Assembly: GCA_902605135.1 (NCBI GenBank)
Contig: CACLBK010000001.1
Coordinates: 38,583-102,582 of the forward strand
Length of the DNA: 64,000 nt
Direction: 5' to 3'
Origin: an uncultured Alphaproteobacteria bacterium
GTDB lineage: Bacteria; Pseudomonadota; Alphaproteobacteria; HIMB59; GCA-002718135
The position numbers and the translations under genes were made by a program. A model generated the notes under the pieces. It did no database searches. It had not been told where the DNA came from and saw only the letters and a program-made list of their open reading frames with translations. This document shows, piece after piece, positions 1-13,585 of the stretch; the stretch's first letter is position 1, and each line of letters opens with the position of its first letter.

Positions 1-1
1 T

Positions 2-1984
2 GCAAATGATAGCGGCTCAACTATTGTAGCAAAAAGAGAAGGAATAGTTGATCAACTCGATGCAAACAGGATAGTTATTAGAATAACTGATAAAAATGAT
101 AAGACTTTAAACAAAATTGATATTTATAATTTAGCTAAATTTCAGAGGTCTAATCAAAATACATGTATAACACAACGTCCACTGGTTAATGTTGGAGATA
201 AGGTTCTAAAAAATCAGGTTATAGCTGATGGTCCAGCAACTGAATTGGGTGAACTTGCATTAGGGAGAAATGTGCTTGCTGCATTCATGCCTTGGAATGG
301 ATATAATTTTGAGGATTCTATTTTAATTTCAGAGAAAGTTGTTCAAGACGATGTATTCACTTCGATACATGTAGAAGAGTTTGAAGTAATGTCTAGAGAT
401 ACAAAACTAGGACCTGAAGAAATAACTAGAGATATTCCAAATGCTAGTGAAGAAATGCTTGTAAATCTTGATGAAACAGGAATTGTTTATGTTGGAGCTG
501 AAGTTAGTTCTGGTGATATATTAGTTGGAAAAGTTACTCCTAAAGGAGAATCTCCAATGACTCCAGAAGAAAAGTTACTTAGAGCGATATTTGGAGAAAA
601 AGCAGCTGATGTTAAAGATACAAGTTTAAGAGTTCCACCTGGTGTTAAAGGTACAGTTGTAGAAATTAGAGTTTTTTCTAGAAGAGGAATAGAAAAAGAT
701 GAGAGAGCAATAAGTATAGAAAATAATCAAATAGAAGTAATTGCTAGAGATAGAGATGATGAATTAAAAATATTAGAAAAAAGTTTTGGTAACCATCTTC
801 GAGAACTACTTAATAATCAAACTTTTATATCTGGAATTGATATTTTTACTAAAAATTCTCAAATACAATATGATCAAATTGAAAATTTATCACTTAGTGA
901 TTTATTAAAGATTAATATTTCAGATGAGAAAAAAAATAATCAAATAGAATTATTAGTAAAAAATTATGAAAATCAACTTGGTAATATAAATCAGAAATTT
1001 GAAAATAAAATTGACAAAATACAAAGTGGTGATGAACTTCTTCCAGGTGTTTTAAAATTAATCAAAGTATTTATCTCTGTTAAACGTAAATTACAACCCG
1101 GAGATAAAATGGCAGGAAGACATGGAAATAAAGGTGTAATCTCTAAAATTTGTCCCGTTGAAGATATGCCATATCTTGAGGATGGCACCCCTGTTGATAT
1201 TGTCCTAAATCCATTAGGTGTCCCAAGTAGAATGAACATTGGACAAATCTTAGAAACACATTTGGGATGGGCTTCTGCGTCATTAGGAAGACAAGTCAAT
1301 GAAATGATAAAAAAAATACAAACAGAAGGTCAAACAGACAATCTCAGAAAAAAATTATTAGATATTTATGATTTAGAAAGTCATCAAAAATCCATTAAAA
1401 ACATGAATGATGATGAAATATTGGAATTGGGTAATAACTTGAAGGATGGTATTCCATTTGCAACTCCTGTTTTTGATGGAGCTAAAGAAAAAGATATAAC
1501 TAATTTATTAGCTATCTCTGGGGTATCAAGCACTGGTCAGGAAACATTGTACGATGGTATCACTGGTCAAAAATTTGAAAGACCTGTGACAGTTGGATAT
1601 ATGTATATGTTAAAGCTCCACCACCTTGTTGATGAAAAAATACACGCTAGATCAATAGGTCCTTACAGTTTAGTTACTCAGCAACCGCTTGGAGGTAAAG
1701 CCCAGTTCGGTGGACAAAGATTTGGAGAGATGGAAGTGTGGGCTTTAGAGGCTTACGGTGCAGCTTATACACTTCAAGAAATTTTAACTATAAAATCAGA
1801 TGATGTTGCAGGTAGAACTAAAGTTTATGAATCAATTGTAAAGGGAGATAATAATTTTGAATCTGGTACTCCTGAATCTTTCAACGTTATGGTTAAAGAA
1901 TTACGTTCTCTTGGATTAAATCTTGATTTCAAGGAAAATTTAAAAGAAAATAACTTAAATAACTTAATAGGATCAAATGAATAA
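2..1984 (+). CDS. rpoB: DNA-directed RNA polymerase beta subunit, C-terminal ~660 aa (5' end outside window)
   Basis: The frame of ORF 245..1984 stays open back to base 2 ([20 protein letters not shown]...). Conserved [13 protein letters not shown] and [27 protein letters not shown] blocks are present. rpoC follows directly. Confidence 0.97.
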   Translation, partial: ANDSGSTIVAKREGIVDQLDANRIVIRITDKNDKTLNKIDIYNLAKFQRSNQNTCITQRPLVNVGDKVLKNQVIADGPATELGELALGRNVLAAFMPWNGYNFEDSILISEKVVQDDVFTSIHVEEFEVMSRDTKLGPEEITRDIPNASEEMLVNLDETGIVYVGAEVSSGDILVGKVTPKGESPMTPEEKLLRAIFGEKAADVKDTSLRVPPGVKGTVVEIRVFSRRGIEKDERAISIENNQIEVIARDRDDELKILEKSFGNHLRELLNNQTFISGIDIFTKNSQIQYDQIENLSLSDLLKINISDEKKNNQIELLVKNYENQLGNINQKFENKIDKIQSGDELLPGVLKLIKVFISVKRKLQPGDKMAGRHGNKGVISKICPVEDMPYLEDGTPVDIVLNPLGVPSRMNIGQILETHLGWASASLGRQVNEMIKKIQTEGQTDNLRKKLLDIYDLESHQKSIKNMNDDEILELGNNLKDGIPFATPVFDGAKEKDITNLLAISGVSSTGQETLYDGITGQKFERPVTVGYMYMLKLHHLVDEKIHARSIGPYSLVTQQPLGGKAQFGGQRFGEMEVWALEAYGAAYTLQEILTIKSDDVAGRTKVYESIVKGDNNFESGTPESFNVMVKELRSLGLNLDFKENLKENNLNNLIGSNE

Positions 1985-4900
1985 AGAACTTACAAATATA
2001 TTTAATCAAAACCAAGGTGTTCAAAATTTTAACAGCCTAAAAATTTCTATTGCGAGCCCAGATGATATAAGATCTTGGTCTTTTGGTGAAATTAAAAAAC
2101 CAGAAACAATTAATTATAGAACATTTAAACCAGAAAAAGATGGATTGTTCTGCTCAAGAATTTTTGGCCCTGTTAAAGATTATGAATGTCTATGTGGTAA
2201 ATATAAAAGAATGAAGTTTAGAGGAATAATTTGTGAAAAATGTGGCGTAGAAGTTACTCTTTCAAAGGTAAGAAGAGATAGAATGGGACATATTGAGTTA
2301 GCAGCTCCAGTATCTCACATTTGGTTCATGAAATCCTTGCCTAGCAGAATTGCTACACTTCTGGATATGACAATAAAAAATCTTGAGAAAGTTCTATACT
2401 TTGAGCAATTTATTGTAGTTGAACCAGGACTAACCGATTTAAAAAAAGGTGAGATTATCTCAGAAGAGCAATATATTGATTATCAAGATGAATATGGTGA
2501 AGATTCATTTAGTGCAGCAATTGGAGCAGAAGCAATCGAGCAAATGCTTATCAGTATCGATCTCGAAGCAGATTATAATCAATTAAAAATTGACCTTACA
2601 GAAACTAAGTCTGAATTAAAAAAATCAAAAATTACCAAAAGATTAAAGCTTGTAGAATCATTTATTACATCAAAAAATAAACCTGAATGGATGATCATGA
2701 GAGTATTGCCAGTAATTCCTCCTGAATTAAGACCATTAGTTCCTTTAGATGGAGGTAGGTTTGCAACTAGTGATTTAAACGATTTATACAGAAGAGTTAT
2801 TAATAGGAACAATAGACTAAAAAGATTAATTGATTTGAGGGCTCCAGATATAATTATTAGAAATGAAAAGAGAATGCTTCAAGAGTCTGTTGATGCATTA
2901 TTTGATAATGGAAGAAGAGGTAGAGTGATTACTTCAACAAATAAAAGACCTCTAAAATCTTTATCTGACATGTTGAAAGGTAAACAAGGAAGATTTAGAC
3001 AAAATCTCCTTGGTAAAAGAGTTGATTATTCTGGTAGATCAGTCATTGTTGTAGGGCCTAATCTAAAGCTTCATCAATGCGGAATTCCTAAGAAAATGGC
3101 ACTCGAACTATTCAAGCCATTTATATTTCATAAACTTGATATTTATGGATGGGCAAATACTATAAAAGCTGCAAAAAAACTTGTAGAAAAAGAAGATCCT
3201 AGAGTTTGGGATATTCTTGATGAAGTAATAAGGGAACATCCTGTACTTTTAAATAGAGCACCTACTTTACATAGATTGGGTATACAGGCATTTGAACCAA
3301 TTTTAATTGAAGGTAAATCCATCCAACTTCATCCATTAGTATGTACTGCTTTTAACGCTGACTTTGATGGTGATCAAATGGCAGTTCATGTACCTCTTAG
3401 TCTTGAAGCACAACTTGAAGCAAGAGTACTGATGATGAGTACAAACAACATTCTACATCCAGCAAGTGGCAAACCAATTATCGTTCCTTCTCAAGATATT
3501 ATTTTAGGAATTTATTATTTATCAATCATCAGAGAAAAACAAATTGGAGAGGGAAGAAGTTTTATCGATTTAAATGAAATATTAAAAGCTTTAGAAAATA
3601 ATGACATCACACTTCATTCAAAAATTATTGCAAGAATAGTAACATCTGAAGGAAACTTGTTAAAAATAGAAACCACTCCAGGAAGAATGATATTGGGAAA
3701 TATTTTACCAAAGAATAAAAATATAAATTATGAAATGATAAATAAAGTACTTACAAAAAAGGAAGTTAGTAACATAATCGACTCTGTTTATAGATTTTGT
3801 GGTCAAAAAGAGACTGTGTTATTTGCCGATCATATTATGCAAATTGGATTTAAATATGCTGCAATAGCTGGTATTTCATTTGGAAAAGATGATCTTATAA
3901 TCCCATCTGATAAAAATGATCTATTAAATACTACACAGTTAAAAGTTCAAGAATATGAAGACCAATATCAAGATGGATTAATTACTCAAGGAGAAAAGTA
4001 TAATAAAGTAGTAGATGCTTGGTCAGAGTGTACAAATAGAGTTGCTGACAAGATGTTAGATGTAATTTCAACTCCTTCTGATGATCAACCAATTAACTCT
4101 GTCTATATGATGGCACACTCCGGAGCTCGAGGATCAGCTGCCCAACTAAAACAATTATCAGGAATGAGAGGCTTAATGGCAAAGCCATCTGGCGAAATTA
4201 TTGAAAATCCAATCAAATCTAATTTTAAAGAAGGCTTATCAGTTCTTGAGTATTTCACGTCTACTCATGGAGCACGAAAAGGTCTTGCAGATACAGCACT
4301 TAAAACAGCTAGTAGTGGATATTTAACTAGAAGATTAGTAGATGTTGCTCAAGATGCAGTCATTAGAGAGCTAGATTGCAAAACTAATAAAGGTGTAATA
4401 GTTGAAGAAATAGTCGAATCAGGAAATATAACCTCACCTTTAACAGAAAGAATATTGGGTAGAACACCAGTAGAAAATATTATTGATGAAAATCAACAAA
4501 CTATTGTTAATGCAGGTGAAATTATTTCTGAAAAACACTTAGACCCTATATCAAAATTAGGGATAAGATCATTAAAAATTAGATCTGTCCTAACATGTGA
4601 GACTGAAAATGGAATTTGCTCAATTTGCTACGGAAGAGATTTAGCTAGAGGGACACCTGTTAATGTAGGTGAAGCTGTTGGTATTATAGCCGCACAATCT
4701 ATTGGAGAACCTGGCACTCAATTAACTATGAGAACATTTCACATTGGCGGTGCTGCAAGTTCTTCAGTGGAACAATCTAATACTACTGCGGCAGTTACAG
4801 GAACTGTCAATTTAGAGAACATCAAAATTATTGAAGATAAATATAAAAATAAAATTGTTTTAACCAGAAATGCAAAAATAAAAATTGTAGATGAAAATGA

Positions 4901-6095
4901 TGAAAAATATTCAACAAATATACCTTTTGGTTCGAAGATACTTGTTAATGATAAAGATAAAGTTGAAAACAATCAATTATTAGCAGAATGGGATCCATAT
5001 ACTCTACCTATAATTGCTGAAAGAAATGGATATGTAAAATATGTAGACTTAAAACAAGGAATCTCCTTTAGAGAATCCATTGATGACACTACTGGAATAT
5101 CCAGCAAGATAGTTATTGATTGGAGTCAGAATCAAAAGAGTAAGAATTTTAAACCTGCTATTAATGTTGTAGATAATTTAACAGATGAGAACTTAGATGA
5201 AGTAAATTTATCAAATTATCCTATGTCGATTGATTCAATTTTAAGTGTCGAAGATGGTCAGGAAGTTTCTGCTGGTCAAGTAATAGCCAGAATTCCAAAA
5301 GAATCATCTAAAACAAAAGATATAACAGGTGGGTTACCAAGAGTTGCAGAATTGTTTGAGGCAAGAAAACCAAAAGATCCTGCTATTATGTGTGAAATAG
5401 ATGGCAAAATTTCATTTGGTAAAGATTATAAAAATAAAAGAAGAGTCATTATTAGTTCAATTGATGAAAAAGAGACATTTGAAATATTAATTCCAAGATC
5501 AAAATATCTTAATGTACAAGAGGGCGATTTTGTTAAAAAAGGAGATATTCTTGTTGAAGGAACTCCTGTACCTCATGATATACTGAGAATTCTTGGTATT
5601 GAACAATTGGCTAGATATCTTGTAAGAGAAGTGCAATCAGTATACAAATTACAAGGGGTGTATATTAATGACAAACACATAGAGACCATTGCAAGACAAA
5701 TGTTACAAAAAGTTCTTATAAAGGATCCTGGTGATTCAAATCTGATTTCAGGGGAACAAATTCAAAAAAGAGATCTTATAAAAATTAATAAAATGTTATC
5801 AAATGATGGAAAAAAAGAAATTATATATGAGCCAGTATTACTTGGAATAACAAAAGCAAGTTTACAAACAAATTCATTTATATCAGCAGCCTCTTTTCAA
5901 GAAACAACTAAAGTATTAACTGATGCTGCTACTTTAGGAAAAGTTGATACTTTAAATGGACTCAAAGAAAATGTAATTGTAGGTAGGCTCATACCTGCTG
6001 GGACTGGAAAACTGACATCTGATTATGAAAATATAGCATTTGAGAGAGATCAAGATATAATAGGTAAAAAAGACAGCGAAAATATAGAAAATTAG
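1977..6095 (+). CDS. rpoC: DNA-directed RNA polymerase beta' subunit
   Basis: 1372-aa ORF with the catalytic [12 protein letters not shown] motif and an N-terminal zinc-finger CLCGKY..CEKCG. The ATG overlaps the rpoB stop by 8 nt. Confidence 0.98.
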   Translation: MNKELTNIFNQNQGVQNFNSLKISIASPDDIRSWSFGEIKKPETINYRTFKPEKDGLFCSRIFGPVKDYECLCGKYKRMKFRGIICEKCGVEVTLSKVRRDRMGHIELAAPVSHIWFMKSLPSRIATLLDMTIKNLEKVLYFEQFIVVEPGLTDLKKGEIISEEQYIDYQDEYGEDSFSAAIGAEAIEQMLISIDLEADYNQLKIDLTETKSELKKSKITKRLKLVESFITSKNKPEWMIMRVLPVIPPELRPLVPLDGGRFATSDLNDLYRRVINRNNRLKRLIDLRAPDIIIRNEKRMLQESVDALFDNGRRGRVITSTNKRPLKSLSDMLKGKQGRFRQNLLGKRVDYSGRSVIVVGPNLKLHQCGIPKKMALELFKPFIFHKLDIYGWANTIKAAKKLVEKEDPRVWDILDEVIREHPVLLNRAPTLHRLGIQAFEPILIEGKSIQLHPLVCTAFNADFDGDQMAVHVPLSLEAQLEARVLMMSTNNILHPASGKPIIVPSQDIILGIYYLSIIREKQIGEGRSFIDLNEILKALENNDITLHSKIIARIVTSEGNLLKIETTPGRMILGNILPKNKNINYEMINKVLTKKEVSNIIDSVYRFCGQKETVLFADHIMQIGFKYAAIAGISFGKDDLIIPSDKNDLLNTTQLKVQEYEDQYQDGLITQGEKYNKVVDAWSECTNRVADKMLDVISTPSDDQPINSVYMMAHSGARGSAAQLKQLSGMRGLMAKPSGEIIENPIKSNFKEGLSVLEYFTSTHGARKGLADTALKTASSGYLTRRLVDVAQDAVIRELDCKTNKGVIVEEIVESGNITSPLTERILGRTPVENIIDENQQTIVNAGEIISEKHLDPISKLGIRSLKIRSVLTCETENGICSICYGRDLARGTPVNVGEAVGIIAAQSIGEPGTQLTMRTFHIGGAASSSVEQSNTTAAVTGTVNLENIKIIEDKYKNKIVLTRNAKIKIVDENDEKYSTNIPFGSKILVNDKDKVENNQLLAEWDPYTLPIIAERNGYVKYVDLKQGISFRESIDDTTGISSKIVIDWSQNQKSKNFKPAINVVDNLTDENLDEVNLSNYPMSIDSILSVEDGQEVSAGQVIARIPKESSKTKDITGGLPRVAELFEARKPKDPAIMCEIDGKISFGKDYKNKRRVIISSIDEKETFEILIPRSKYLNVQEGDFVKKGDILVEGTPVPHDILRILGIEQLARYLVREVQSVYKLQGVYINDKHIETIARQMLQKVLIKDPGDSNLISGEQIQKRDLIKINKMLSNDGKKEIIYEPVLLGITKASLQTNSFISAASFQETTKVLTDAATLGKVDTLNGLKENVIVGRLIPAGTGKLTSDYENIAFERDQDIIGKKDSENIEN

Positions 6096-6203
6096 ACATT
6101 TTTTTACTATATCTGCTTGACTTTATTGTAATCAATTAATAAAGACCCATACGATTTGTTAGAGGTCGTGGAGTAAAATCCAAACACTTAACTAAAGGAT
6201 AAA

Positions 6204-6575
6204 ATGCCAACTATTAATCAACTTGTAAGGAAGGGTAGATCCGCCGTACCAAAAAGAAACAAGGTTCCGGCATTAGACAAAAGTCCACAGAAACGCGGTG
6301 TTTGTACAAGAGTTTATACAACTACTCCCAAAAAACCAAACTCAGCTTTAAGAAAAGTAGCTAGAGTTAAACTTACAAATGGACAAGAAGTCTCTGCATA
6401 TATTCCAGGCGAAGGTCATAACTTACAAGAACACTCAGTCGTATTAATTAGAGGTGGAAGAGTCAAGGATTTACCAGGCGTAAGGTACCATATTTTAAGA
6501 GGTACTCTTGATACTCAGGGAGTATCATCAAGAAAACAAAGAAGATCACTTTATGGAGCTAAACGTCCAAAATAA
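6204..6575 (+). CDS. rpsL: 30S ribosomal protein S12
   Basis: 123 aa with the [11 protein letters not shown] start and the [14 protein letters not shown] block. Confidence 0.98.
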   Translation: MPTINQLVRKGRSAVPKRNKVPALDKSPQKRGVCTRVYTTTPKKPNSALRKVARVKLTNGQEVSAYIPGEGHNLQEHSVVLIRGGRVKDLPGVRYHILRGTLDTQGVSSRKQRRSLYGAKRPK

Positions 6576-6577
6576 AT

Positions 6578-7048
6578 ATGTCTAGAAGAAGAGCAGCAGA
6601 AAAAAGAACTATACTACCTGATCACAAATATAAGGATCTTGTTTTAGCTAAGTTTATGAATAGAATAATGATAGATGGAAAAAAATCTACTTCTGAAAAG
6701 ATTGTTTATGGTGCATTTGATTTTGTATCAAAAAAAACTGATAAAACCCCAATTGATTTTTTTCATGAAGCTTTAAATAATGTGAAACCTGCCTTGGAAG
6801 TTAGATCAAGAAGAGTGGGTGGTGCAACTTATCAGGTCCCTATGGAAGTTAGACCAAAAAGAGCTCAGACACTGGCTATGAAATGGATTGTAGACTCAGC
6901 GGTTAAAAGAAATGAAAAAACAATGATTGAAAGAGTTGCCAATGAAATTATTGATGCATTTAACAATAAAGGTAATGCTGTAAAAAAAAGAGAAGAGACT
7001 CATAAAATGGCTGATGCAAACAGAGCTTTCTCACATTTTAGATGGTAA
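6578..7048 (+). CDS. rpsG: 30S ribosomal protein S7
   Basis: 156 aa with the [15 protein letters not shown] block. It starts 2 nt after rpsL. Confidence 0.98.
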   Translation: MSRRRAAEKRTILPDHKYKDLVLAKFMNRIMIDGKKSTSEKIVYGAFDFVSKKTDKTPIDFFHEALNNVKPALEVRSRRVGGATYQVPMEVRPKRAQTLAMKWIVDSAVKRNEKTMIERVANEIIDAFNNKGNAVKKREETHKMADANRAFSHFRW

Positions 7049-7054
7049 ATATAT

Positions 7055-9133
7055 ATGACTAGATCTCATCCATTATCTAAATATAGGAACATAGGCATCA
7101 TGGCTCATATTGATGCTGGCAAAACAACTACAACTGAAAGAATCTTATATTACACTGGTAAATCTCATAAAATTGGAGAGGTTCATGATGGTGCTGCAAC
7201 AATGGATTGGATGGAACAAGAACAAGAGAGAGGTATAACAATTACATCTGCCGCTACTACGTGCTTTTGGAAAGATCATCGTGTAAATATAATAGATACA
7301 CCAGGTCACGTTGATTTTACTATTGAGGTTGAACGATCCTTAAAAGTTTTAGACGGTGCGGTTGCTGTATTCGATGGTGTTGCTGGAGTTGAACCGCAAT
7401 CTGAAACAGTATGGAGACAGGCTGATAAATATAAAGTTCCACGTATGTGCTTTGTTAATAAGCTTGATAGAACTGGAGCTAATTTTTTCATGTGTGTTGA
7501 CATGATTTCAGAACGTTTAGGTTCATACCCTCTAGTTACCCAACTACCAATCGGTATTGAGAGTGATCTTAAAGGTGTTGTAGACTTGGTTTCTAATAAA
7601 GCAGTTATTTGGCAAGATGAGAGCTTAGGTGCTAAATTTGATATCGTAGACATACCAGAAGATTTAAAAGAACAATCTTCGGAATATAGATTAAAGCTAA
7701 TTGAAAAGGCAGTCGAAGAAGATGACTCAATTATGGAATCTTATTTAGAAGGTAATGAACCTTCCACTGATGAATTGAAATCCTGCATTAGGAAAGGCAC
7801 CTTAAGAGGATCGTTTGTTCCAGTTTTAACGGGTTCAGCATTTAAAAACAAAGGTGTTCAACCTCTTTTGGATGCTGTCATTGATTATATGCCATCTCCA
7901 ACTGATGTTGGGAATGTTAGAGGAGTGGACATCAACGATGACTCAAAAGAATTAACTAGAAAATGTGATGACAGTGAACCTTTTAGTGCTTTGGCTTTTA
8001 AAATAATGACAGATCCATTTGTTGGTAGTTTAACATTTGCTAGAATTTACTCAGGCTCAATAAATACAAAAGACTCAGTTTTGAACTCAAATTCAGGTAA
8101 AAAAGAAAATATAGGAAGAATGCTTCTAATGCATGCGAATAACAGAGAAGAAATAAAAACTGCAAACGCAGGAGATATTGTCGCTTTGGTAGGGTTAAAA
8201 GATGTAACAACTGGTGAAACTTTATGCGCTTCAGATAAACCAATAGTTTTAGAAAGAATGGATTTTCCGGATCCTGTTATTGAAGTTGCTGTTGAACCTA
8301 AAACAAAAGTTGATCATGAAAAAATGGGTCAAGCTTTAGGAAGATTAGCTCAGGAAGACCCAAGTTTTAGAGTAACAACTGATCATGAAAGTGGTCAAAC
8401 TATTATTAAGGGCATGGGAGAGCTTCACCTTGAAATTCTTGTTGATAGAATGAAAAGAGAATTTAAGGTAGAAGCTAATGTTGGAGCTCCTCAAGTTGCA
8501 TATAGAGAAACAATTTCAAGTTCTTTTGATGTAGACTATACTCACAAAAAACAATCAGGTGGAGCGGGCCAGTTTGCTAGAGTTAAAATTAAGTTTGAGC
8601 CTGGAGAACCAGGTAGTGGTTATGAATTCATTAATCAAATTAAAGGTGGAAATATTCCTACAGAGCATATTCCTGGAGTGGAGAAAGGTTTAATTGCTCA
8701 ACAACAAACTGGAGTCATTGCAGGTTTTCCATGTATAGATTTTAAAGCAACTTTATATGATGGTGCATATCATGATGTGGATTCTAGTGTTCTTGCTTTT
8801 GAAATTGCAGCAAGAGCTGCTTTTAGAGAAGGTATCTCTAAAGCTCGTCCTGTACTTCTAGAGCCTATGATGAAAGTCGAAGTTGTTACACCTGAAGAGT
8901 ATATGGGTGACGTTATTGGCGATCTTAATAGTAGAAGAGGTCAAGTACAAGAGATGTCTACAAGAGGCAATGCAAATGTCGTAGACTCGATGGTTCCACT
9001 TGCAAATATGTTTGGTTATGTAAATAATCTTCGATCTTTATCTCAGGGTAGAGCAAATTATACCATGCAATTTGATCATTATGAGGCAGTTCCCTCAAAC
9101 GTAGCAGAAGAAGTAAAGGCAAAATTAGCATAA
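7055..9133 (+). CDS. fusA: Elongation factor G
   Basis: 692 aa with GTPase motifs [14 protein letters not shown] and NKLD, plus EF-G C-terminal domains. Confidence 0.98.
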   Translation: MTRSHPLSKYRNIGIMAHIDAGKTTTTERILYYTGKSHKIGEVHDGAATMDWMEQEQERGITITSAATTCFWKDHRVNIIDTPGHVDFTIEVERSLKVLDGAVAVFDGVAGVEPQSETVWRQADKYKVPRMCFVNKLDRTGANFFMCVDMISERLGSYPLVTQLPIGIESDLKGVVDLVSNKAVIWQDESLGAKFDIVDIPEDLKEQSSEYRLKLIEKAVEEDDSIMESYLEGNEPSTDELKSCIRKGTLRGSFVPVLTGSAFKNKGVQPLLDAVIDYMPSPTDVGNVRGVDINDDSKELTRKCDDSEPFSALAFKIMTDPFVGSLTFARIYSGSINTKDSVLNSNSGKKENIGRMLLMHANNREEIKTANAGDIVALVGLKDVTTGETLCASDKPIVLERMDFPDPVIEVAVEPKTKVDHEKMGQALGRLAQEDPSFRVTTDHESGQTIIKGMGELHLEILVDRMKREFKVEANVGAPQVAYRETISSSFDVDYTHKKQSGGAGQFARVKIKFEPGEPGSGYEFINQIKGGNIPTEHIPGVEKGLIAQQQTGVIAGFPCIDFKATLYDGAYHDVDSSVLAFEIAARAAFREGISKARPVLLEPMMKVEVVTPEEYMGDVIGDLNSRRGQVQEMSTRGNANVVDSMVPLANMFGYVNNLRSLSQGRANYTMQFDHYEAVPSNVAEEVKAKLA

Positions 9134-9441
9134 TGGATAACCAAAATATTAGAATAAGACTTAGAGGTTTTGATAACTCTCTTCTTGATAATAGCACTCA
9201 AGATATCATTAACACAGCAAAAAGAACAGGTGCAAAAGTTAAAGGCCCTATTCCTTTACCTACTAGATTTGAAAGATTTACAGTTAATAAATCTCCTCAT
9301 GTAGATAAAAAAAGTAGGGATCAGCTTGAAATAAGAACTCACAACCGTTTATTAGATATTATTGACCCAACACCTCAAACGGTCGATGCCTTAATGAAGT
9401 TAGATTTATCTGCCGGGGTAGAGGTTGATATTAAGATTTGA
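9133..9441 (+). CDS. rpsJ: 30S ribosomal protein S10
   Basis: 102 aa starting IRIRLRGFD. The ATG shares one base with the fusA TAA (TAATG). Confidence 0.97.
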   Translation: MDNQNIRIRLRGFDNSLLDNSTQDIINTAKRTGAKVKGPIPLPTRFERFTVNKSPHVDKKSRDQLEIRTHNRLLDIIDPTPQTVDALMKLDLSAGVEVDIKI

Positions 9442-9442
9442 T

Positions 9443-10087
9443 ATGTCTAGACCTGGTTTAATAGCAACGAAGATTGGAAATAGTTCATATTACCAAGAAG
9501 ATGGTAGTAATACACATGTTACTGTGTTGAAGGTTGATGAATGTGTCGTAGCAAAAGTTAAAACTATGGAAAAAGATGGCTATAACGCTGTACAACTTAC
9601 TTCAATAGATACTGATAAAGATATTTCAAATATAAAAAAACCACAAAGAAAAATGTTTTCTTCAATTAATATTAATCCAAAAAAAATTGTTAAAGAGTTT
9701 AAAGTTGACAACAAAAATATCTTAGAAGTTGGGACGATACTGAATGCAGATCATTTTAAGGTAGATCAATTTATCGATGCTAGTAGTTTTTCTATTGGAA
9801 AGGGTTTCGCTGGTGTTATGAAAAGGCATAATTTTGGAGGGCTTAGAGCATCACATGGCGTTTCTATATCTCACCGTTCTCATGGATCTACTGGTCAAAA
9901 CCAGGATCCTGGAAGGGTTTTCAAAGGAAAAAAGATGGCTGGTAGAATGGGTAATAAAAAGGTCACTAAGCAAAACTTACGAATAGTTGAAATAGATAAT
10001 GATAAAAACCTTATACTGGTAAAGGGCTCAGTACCAGGTAAAAAAAATTCAATCATTTATCTAAAAGATTCTGTTAAGAGAAAATAA
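9443..10087 (+). CDS. rplC: 50S ribosomal protein L3
   Basis: Track ORF 9425 (TTG) is trimmed to the ATG at 9443, 1 nt after the rpsJ stop. It has the GKGFAGVMKRHNFGG block. Confidence 0.93.
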   Translation: MSRPGLIATKIGNSSYYQEDGSNTHVTVLKVDECVVAKVKTMEKDGYNAVQLTSIDTDKDISNIKKPQRKMFSSININPKKIVKEFKVDNKNILEVGTILNADHFKVDQFIDASSFSIGKGFAGVMKRHNFGGLRASHGVSISHRSHGSTGQNQDPGRVFKGKKMAGRMGNKKVTKQNLRIVEIDNDKNLILVKGSVPGKKNSIIYLKDSVKRK

Positions 10088-10711
10088 ATGAAAAAATCAA
10101 TTTTAAATCTTGAAAATAAAACAGTAGGAAATATTGATCTAGACTCTAATATTTTTGGTATAAAAACACTTCCAGATTTAATTCATCAATATATTAGATA
10201 TCAAAATGCAAAATCAAGACAAGGTTCACATAAGACTAAAACTCGATCAGAAGTAAGTGGTAGAAGTAAAAAACCCTTCTCTCAAAAGGGTACGGGAAAT
10301 GCAAGACAAGGCAGCAACAAACCACCTAATTTTAGAGGGGGAGCTGTATCAATGGGTCCAGTAAATAGAGATCACTCTTTTAATTTAAATAAAAAAGAGA
10401 AAAAGTTAGCTTTAAAATCCGCTTTATCAACAAAAGTTACAGATGATAAAGTAGTCATCATAGACACTTTTGAAATTAAAAATTTCAAAACAAAAGAATT
10501 AAACTCTAATCTTAAACATTTTGATTATAAATCAGCCCTATTCATTTATTCAGAAAATGGAATTGATAAGAATTTTAAATTAGCCTCATCTAATATACCA
10601 AAAGTATCAATTTTAAATCAAAAGGGTATCAACGTTAAAGACTTAATTACATTTGATAAAATATTTTTTGAAAAAAAATCTATCGATGAAATAACTAAGA
10701 GGCTTTTATGA
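10088..10711 (+). CDS. rplD: 50S ribosomal protein L4
   Basis: 207 aa. The KPFSQKGTGNARQGS block and its position in the S10 operon support the call. Confidence 0.95.
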   Translation: MKKSILNLENKTVGNIDLDSNIFGIKTLPDLIHQYIRYQNAKSRQGSHKTKTRSEVSGRSKKPFSQKGTGNARQGSNKPPNFRGGAVSMGPVNRDHSFNLNKKEKKLALKSALSTKVTDDKVVIIDTFEIKNFKTKELNSNLKHFDYKSALFIYSENGIDKNFKLASSNIPKVSILNQKGINVKDLITFDKIFFEKKSIDEITKRLL

Positions 10712-11025
10712 AAAATAACAAACAAAAAATATCTATTGAACAAGCTTATGATATAATTAAAAAGCCAATAACAACTGAAAAATCTACTAACTTGCAACAA
10801 TTTAATCAATACTCGTTTGTAGTTTCCAAATATTCAAATAGTGCTGATATTAAAAGTGCCATTGAAGTAATATTCAAAGTAAAGGTTAATAAAGTAAACA
10901 CCTCAATACTAAGAGGTAAGGGAAAAACATTTAAAGGTCAATATGGTTTTAGAAAAGATACCAAAAGAGCTATAGTAACATTAGATGAAGGTAACACTAT
11001 TGATTCTTCATTGGAGATTAAATAA
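10708..11025 (+). CDS. rplW: 50S ribosomal protein L23
   Basis: 105 aa, ATGA overlap with rplD, and conserved operon order. Confidence 0.94.
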   Translation: MKNNKQKISIEQAYDIIKKPITTEKSTNLQQFNQYSFVVSKYSNSADIKSAIEVIFKVKVNKVNTSILRGKGKTFKGQYGFRKDTKRAIVTLDEGNTIDSSLEIK

Positions 11026-11846
11026 TGCTTTTAAAATTTAAACCAATAACCCCTGGATTAAGAGGTACAGTATTAGTTTCAAAAAAAGATTTGTCTAAAG
11101 ACAAGCCTCATAAATCGTTATTGCGAAAAATAAATTCTACTGGAGGAAGGAATAATCAAGGTAGAATTACTTCTAGAAGAATGGGTGGAGGTGTTAAGAG
11201 AAAATATAGGTTAATTGATTTTAAAAGATCTAAAACCGATATTTTAGCTGAAGTTATAAGAAATGAATATGATCCTAATAGATCAGCTTTTATATCTTTA
11301 ATTAGATACGATGATGGTGAACATAATTATATTATTTCACCAAAAAATATAAAGATAGGTGAAAAAATTATTTCCGGTGAAAGTGTTCCTATTAAAAATG
11401 GTAATTGTCTACCTGTAAATAATATACCAGTTGGAACAAATATACATAATGTAGAACTTAAACCAGGTGCTGGTGCACAATTAATTCGATCTGCTGGATC
11501 TTCTGCACAAATTGTGTCCAAGGAACAGCCATATGTTCAGATTAAATTAATTTCTGGTGAAATAAGACATATAAATAAAAATTGTAAAGCCACAGTTGGA
11601 GAGGTATCTAACCCTGATCAAAAAAATATTAAACTAGGTAAAGCTGGAAGAAAAAGATATCTAGGATTTCGACCAAAAGTAAGAGGTGTTGTTATGAATC
11701 CAGTTGATCATCCCCATGGTGGTGGGGAAGGTCGTACTTCCGGTGGTAGGGACCCAGTAACTCCATGGGGTGTTTCTACTAAAGGAAAAAAAACAAGGAA
11801 CAATAAAAAAACTGATAAGTTTATAATTAGAAGGAAGAAGAAATAA
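11025..11846 (+). CDS. rplB: 50S ribosomal protein L2
   Basis: 273 aa with the [13 protein letters not shown] motif. Confidence 0.97.
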   Translation: MLLKFKPITPGLRGTVLVSKKDLSKDKPHKSLLRKINSTGGRNNQGRITSRRMGGGVKRKYRLIDFKRSKTDILAEVIRNEYDPNRSAFISLIRYDDGEHNYIISPKNIKIGEKIISGESVPIKNGNCLPVNNIPVGTNIHNVELKPGAGAQLIRSAGSSAQIVSKEQPYVQIKLISGEIRHINKNCKATVGEVSNPDQKNIKLGKAGRKRYLGFRPKVRGVVMNPVDHPHGGGEGRTSGGRDPVTPWGVSTKGKKTRNNKKTDKFIIRRKKK

Positions 11847-12127
11847 TGACAAGATCAATTTGGAAAGGGCCATTTGTAGATATTACTTTAATCAAAAAAG
11901 CAGAAAAATTATCTCAAAGCGGTAGAAAAGAAGTTTTAAAAACTTGGTCTAGAAGGTCAACTATACTTCCTCAATTTGTTGGTCTAACATTTGGTGTATA
12001 TAATGGACAAAAATTTGTTCCTGTAACTATTAATGAGCAAATGGTTGGTCATAAATTAGGAGAATTTTCACCAACAAGAACATTCAAGGGGCATACAGCT
12101 GCCGACAAAAAAGCAGAACAAAAATGA
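11846..12127 (+). CDS. rpsS: 30S ribosomal protein S19
   Basis: 93 aa with the [11 protein letters not shown] block and a TAATG junction. Confidence 0.97.
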   Translation: MTRSIWKGPFVDITLIKKAEKLSQSGRKEVLKTWSRRSTILPQFVGLTFGVYNGQKFVPVTINEQMVGHKLGEFSPTRTFKGHTAADKKAEQK

Positions 12128-12492
12128 ATCAGAACCTTATAGCAATTGCAAAAGATAATATGGTTAGAATTAGTCCATCAAAATTATCAGTACTTATAAA
12201 TAGTATAGTAAATATGAAGGTTAACTCAGCAATTAATCAACTACAATTTTCATCTAAAAGAGTATCAAGAAGTGTTTTGAAAGTTTTAAATGCAGCTGTT
12301 GCAAACGCAGAAAATAATAAGCAATTAGATATTGATAAACTTTTTGTAAAAGAAGCTTTTGTGGGTAAAAGTTTAAGAATGAAAAGATGGAGACCTCGAG
12401 CTAAAGGTCGAGCTGCTTCAATTATTAAACCATTTAGCAAAGTAACAATTGTTGTTGAAGAAAGATCAGAAATGAAAAAGGAAAAAAAATAA
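12124..12492 (+). CDS. rplV: 50S ribosomal protein L22
   Basis: 122 aa. Operon position and an L22-like basic C-terminus support the call. Confidence 0.94.
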   Translation: MNQNLIAIAKDNMVRISPSKLSVLINSIVNMKVNSAINQLQFSSKRVSRSVLKVLNAAVANAENNKQLDIDKLFVKEAFVGKSLRMKRWRPRAKGRAASIIKPFSKVTIVVEERSEMKKEKK

Positions 12493-13169
12493 TGGGACAA
12501 AAAGTTAACCCTTACGGTATTAGGCTTGGCATCAATAAAACTTGGTCATCAAGATGGTTTTCTAAAAATGAATATACAAAATTATTACACCAAGATTTGA
12601 AAATTAAAAACTATGTTGAGAAAAAATTAAAAAATGCGAGTATCTCTAAAATTAATATAGAAAGAGCTGCAAAAAAATTAAGACTTTCTATTTATAGTTC
12701 TAGACCAGGTATAATCATTGGTAAAAAAGGTGCTGATATTGAAACTTTAAAAAATGATCTTTCAAAAATGTCTAAACTTGAGGTATTTTTAGATATTAAG
12801 GAAGTAAGAAAACCTGAAGTTGAAGCTAAGTTAGTTGCTGAGAACATTGCCTCTCAACTTGAGAAAAGAATATCCTTTAGGAGAGCAATGAAAAAAGCAG
12901 TTCAATCAGCAATGAGATTAGGAGCAAAGGGTGTAAAAGTTGTTTGTAGTGGAAGATTAGGTGGAGCTGAAATAGCTAGAACTGAAAAATATCACGAAGG
13001 TAGCGTACCCCTACACACATTAAGGGGAGATATTGATTATTCTAGTGCTGAAGCTGAGACAACTTATGGAATTTGTGGAATTAAAGTTTGGATTAATAAA
13101 GGAGAAATTTTATCTAAGGATCCTTATGCAAGTGAAAAAAAACAGATTGACCAAGGGAGTGTTAGATAA
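12492..13169 (+). CDS. rpsC: 30S ribosomal protein S3
   Basis: 225 aa starting [13 protein letters not shown], with a KH-domain GKKGADIE. Confidence 0.97.
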   Translation: MGQKVNPYGIRLGINKTWSSRWFSKNEYTKLLHQDLKIKNYVEKKLKNASISKINIERAAKKLRLSIYSSRPGIIIGKKGADIETLKNDLSKMSKLEVFLDIKEVRKPEVEAKLVAENIASQLEKRISFRRAMKKAVQSAMRLGAKGVKVVCSGRLGGAEIARTEKYHEGSVPLHTLRGDIDYSSAEAETTYGICGIKVWINKGEILSKDPYASEKKQIDQGSVR

Positions 13170-13585
13170 TGAACATGTTATCTCCTAAAAAAACTAAATA
13201 CAGAAAACAATTTAAAGGTAGAATACATGGCTTTTCTAAAGGTAACTATGCTCTAAATTATGGGAGTTATGGTTTAAAAGCAATTGAACCAGAAAGAGTT
13301 ACCTCTAGACAAATTGAAGCTGCGAGAAAAGCAATTACAAGATATTTAAAAAGAGCAGGAAGAATGTGGATTAGAATCTTTCCAGATGTTCCAGTATCTA
13401 AAAAGCCTGCTGAAGTTAGAATGGGTAAAGGCAAGGGATCAATTGAATATTGGGCTTGTAGAGTTAAGCCCGGTAGAATAATGTTTGAAGTAGATGGCGT
13501 AAGTATTAATGATGCTAAAAAAGCAATGACACTAGCTGCCGCTAAGCTTCCAATTAAATGTAAGTTTGTTGAGAGAAATATTTAA
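13169..13585 (+). CDS. rplP: 50S ribosomal protein L16
   Basis: 138 aa with the RMGKGKG motif. Confidence 0.97.
   Translation: MNMLSPKKTKYRKQFKGRIHGFSKGNYALNYGSYGLKAIEPERVTSRQIEAARKAITRYLKRAGRMWIRIFPDVPVSKKPAEVRMGKGKGSIEYWACRVKPGRIMFEVDGVSINDAKKAMTLAAAKLPIKCKFVERNI

Noticed and set aside
991-1299. 102-aa antisense ORF inside rpoB. Similar antisense ORFs occur at 7306-7653 (fusA), 14726-15055 (rplE), 33226-33597 (EutB-like) and 36620-36976 (M20).
   Set aside because: All are fully embedded opposite conserved genes, lack start context or recognisable motifs, and are best explained as shadow frames.
6117-6145. TTGACT upstream of rpsL, considered as a str-operon promoter.
   Set aside because: The best -10 at 17-nt spacing is TAAAGA, which is weak. 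In DNA this AT-rich, such matches are expected by chance.
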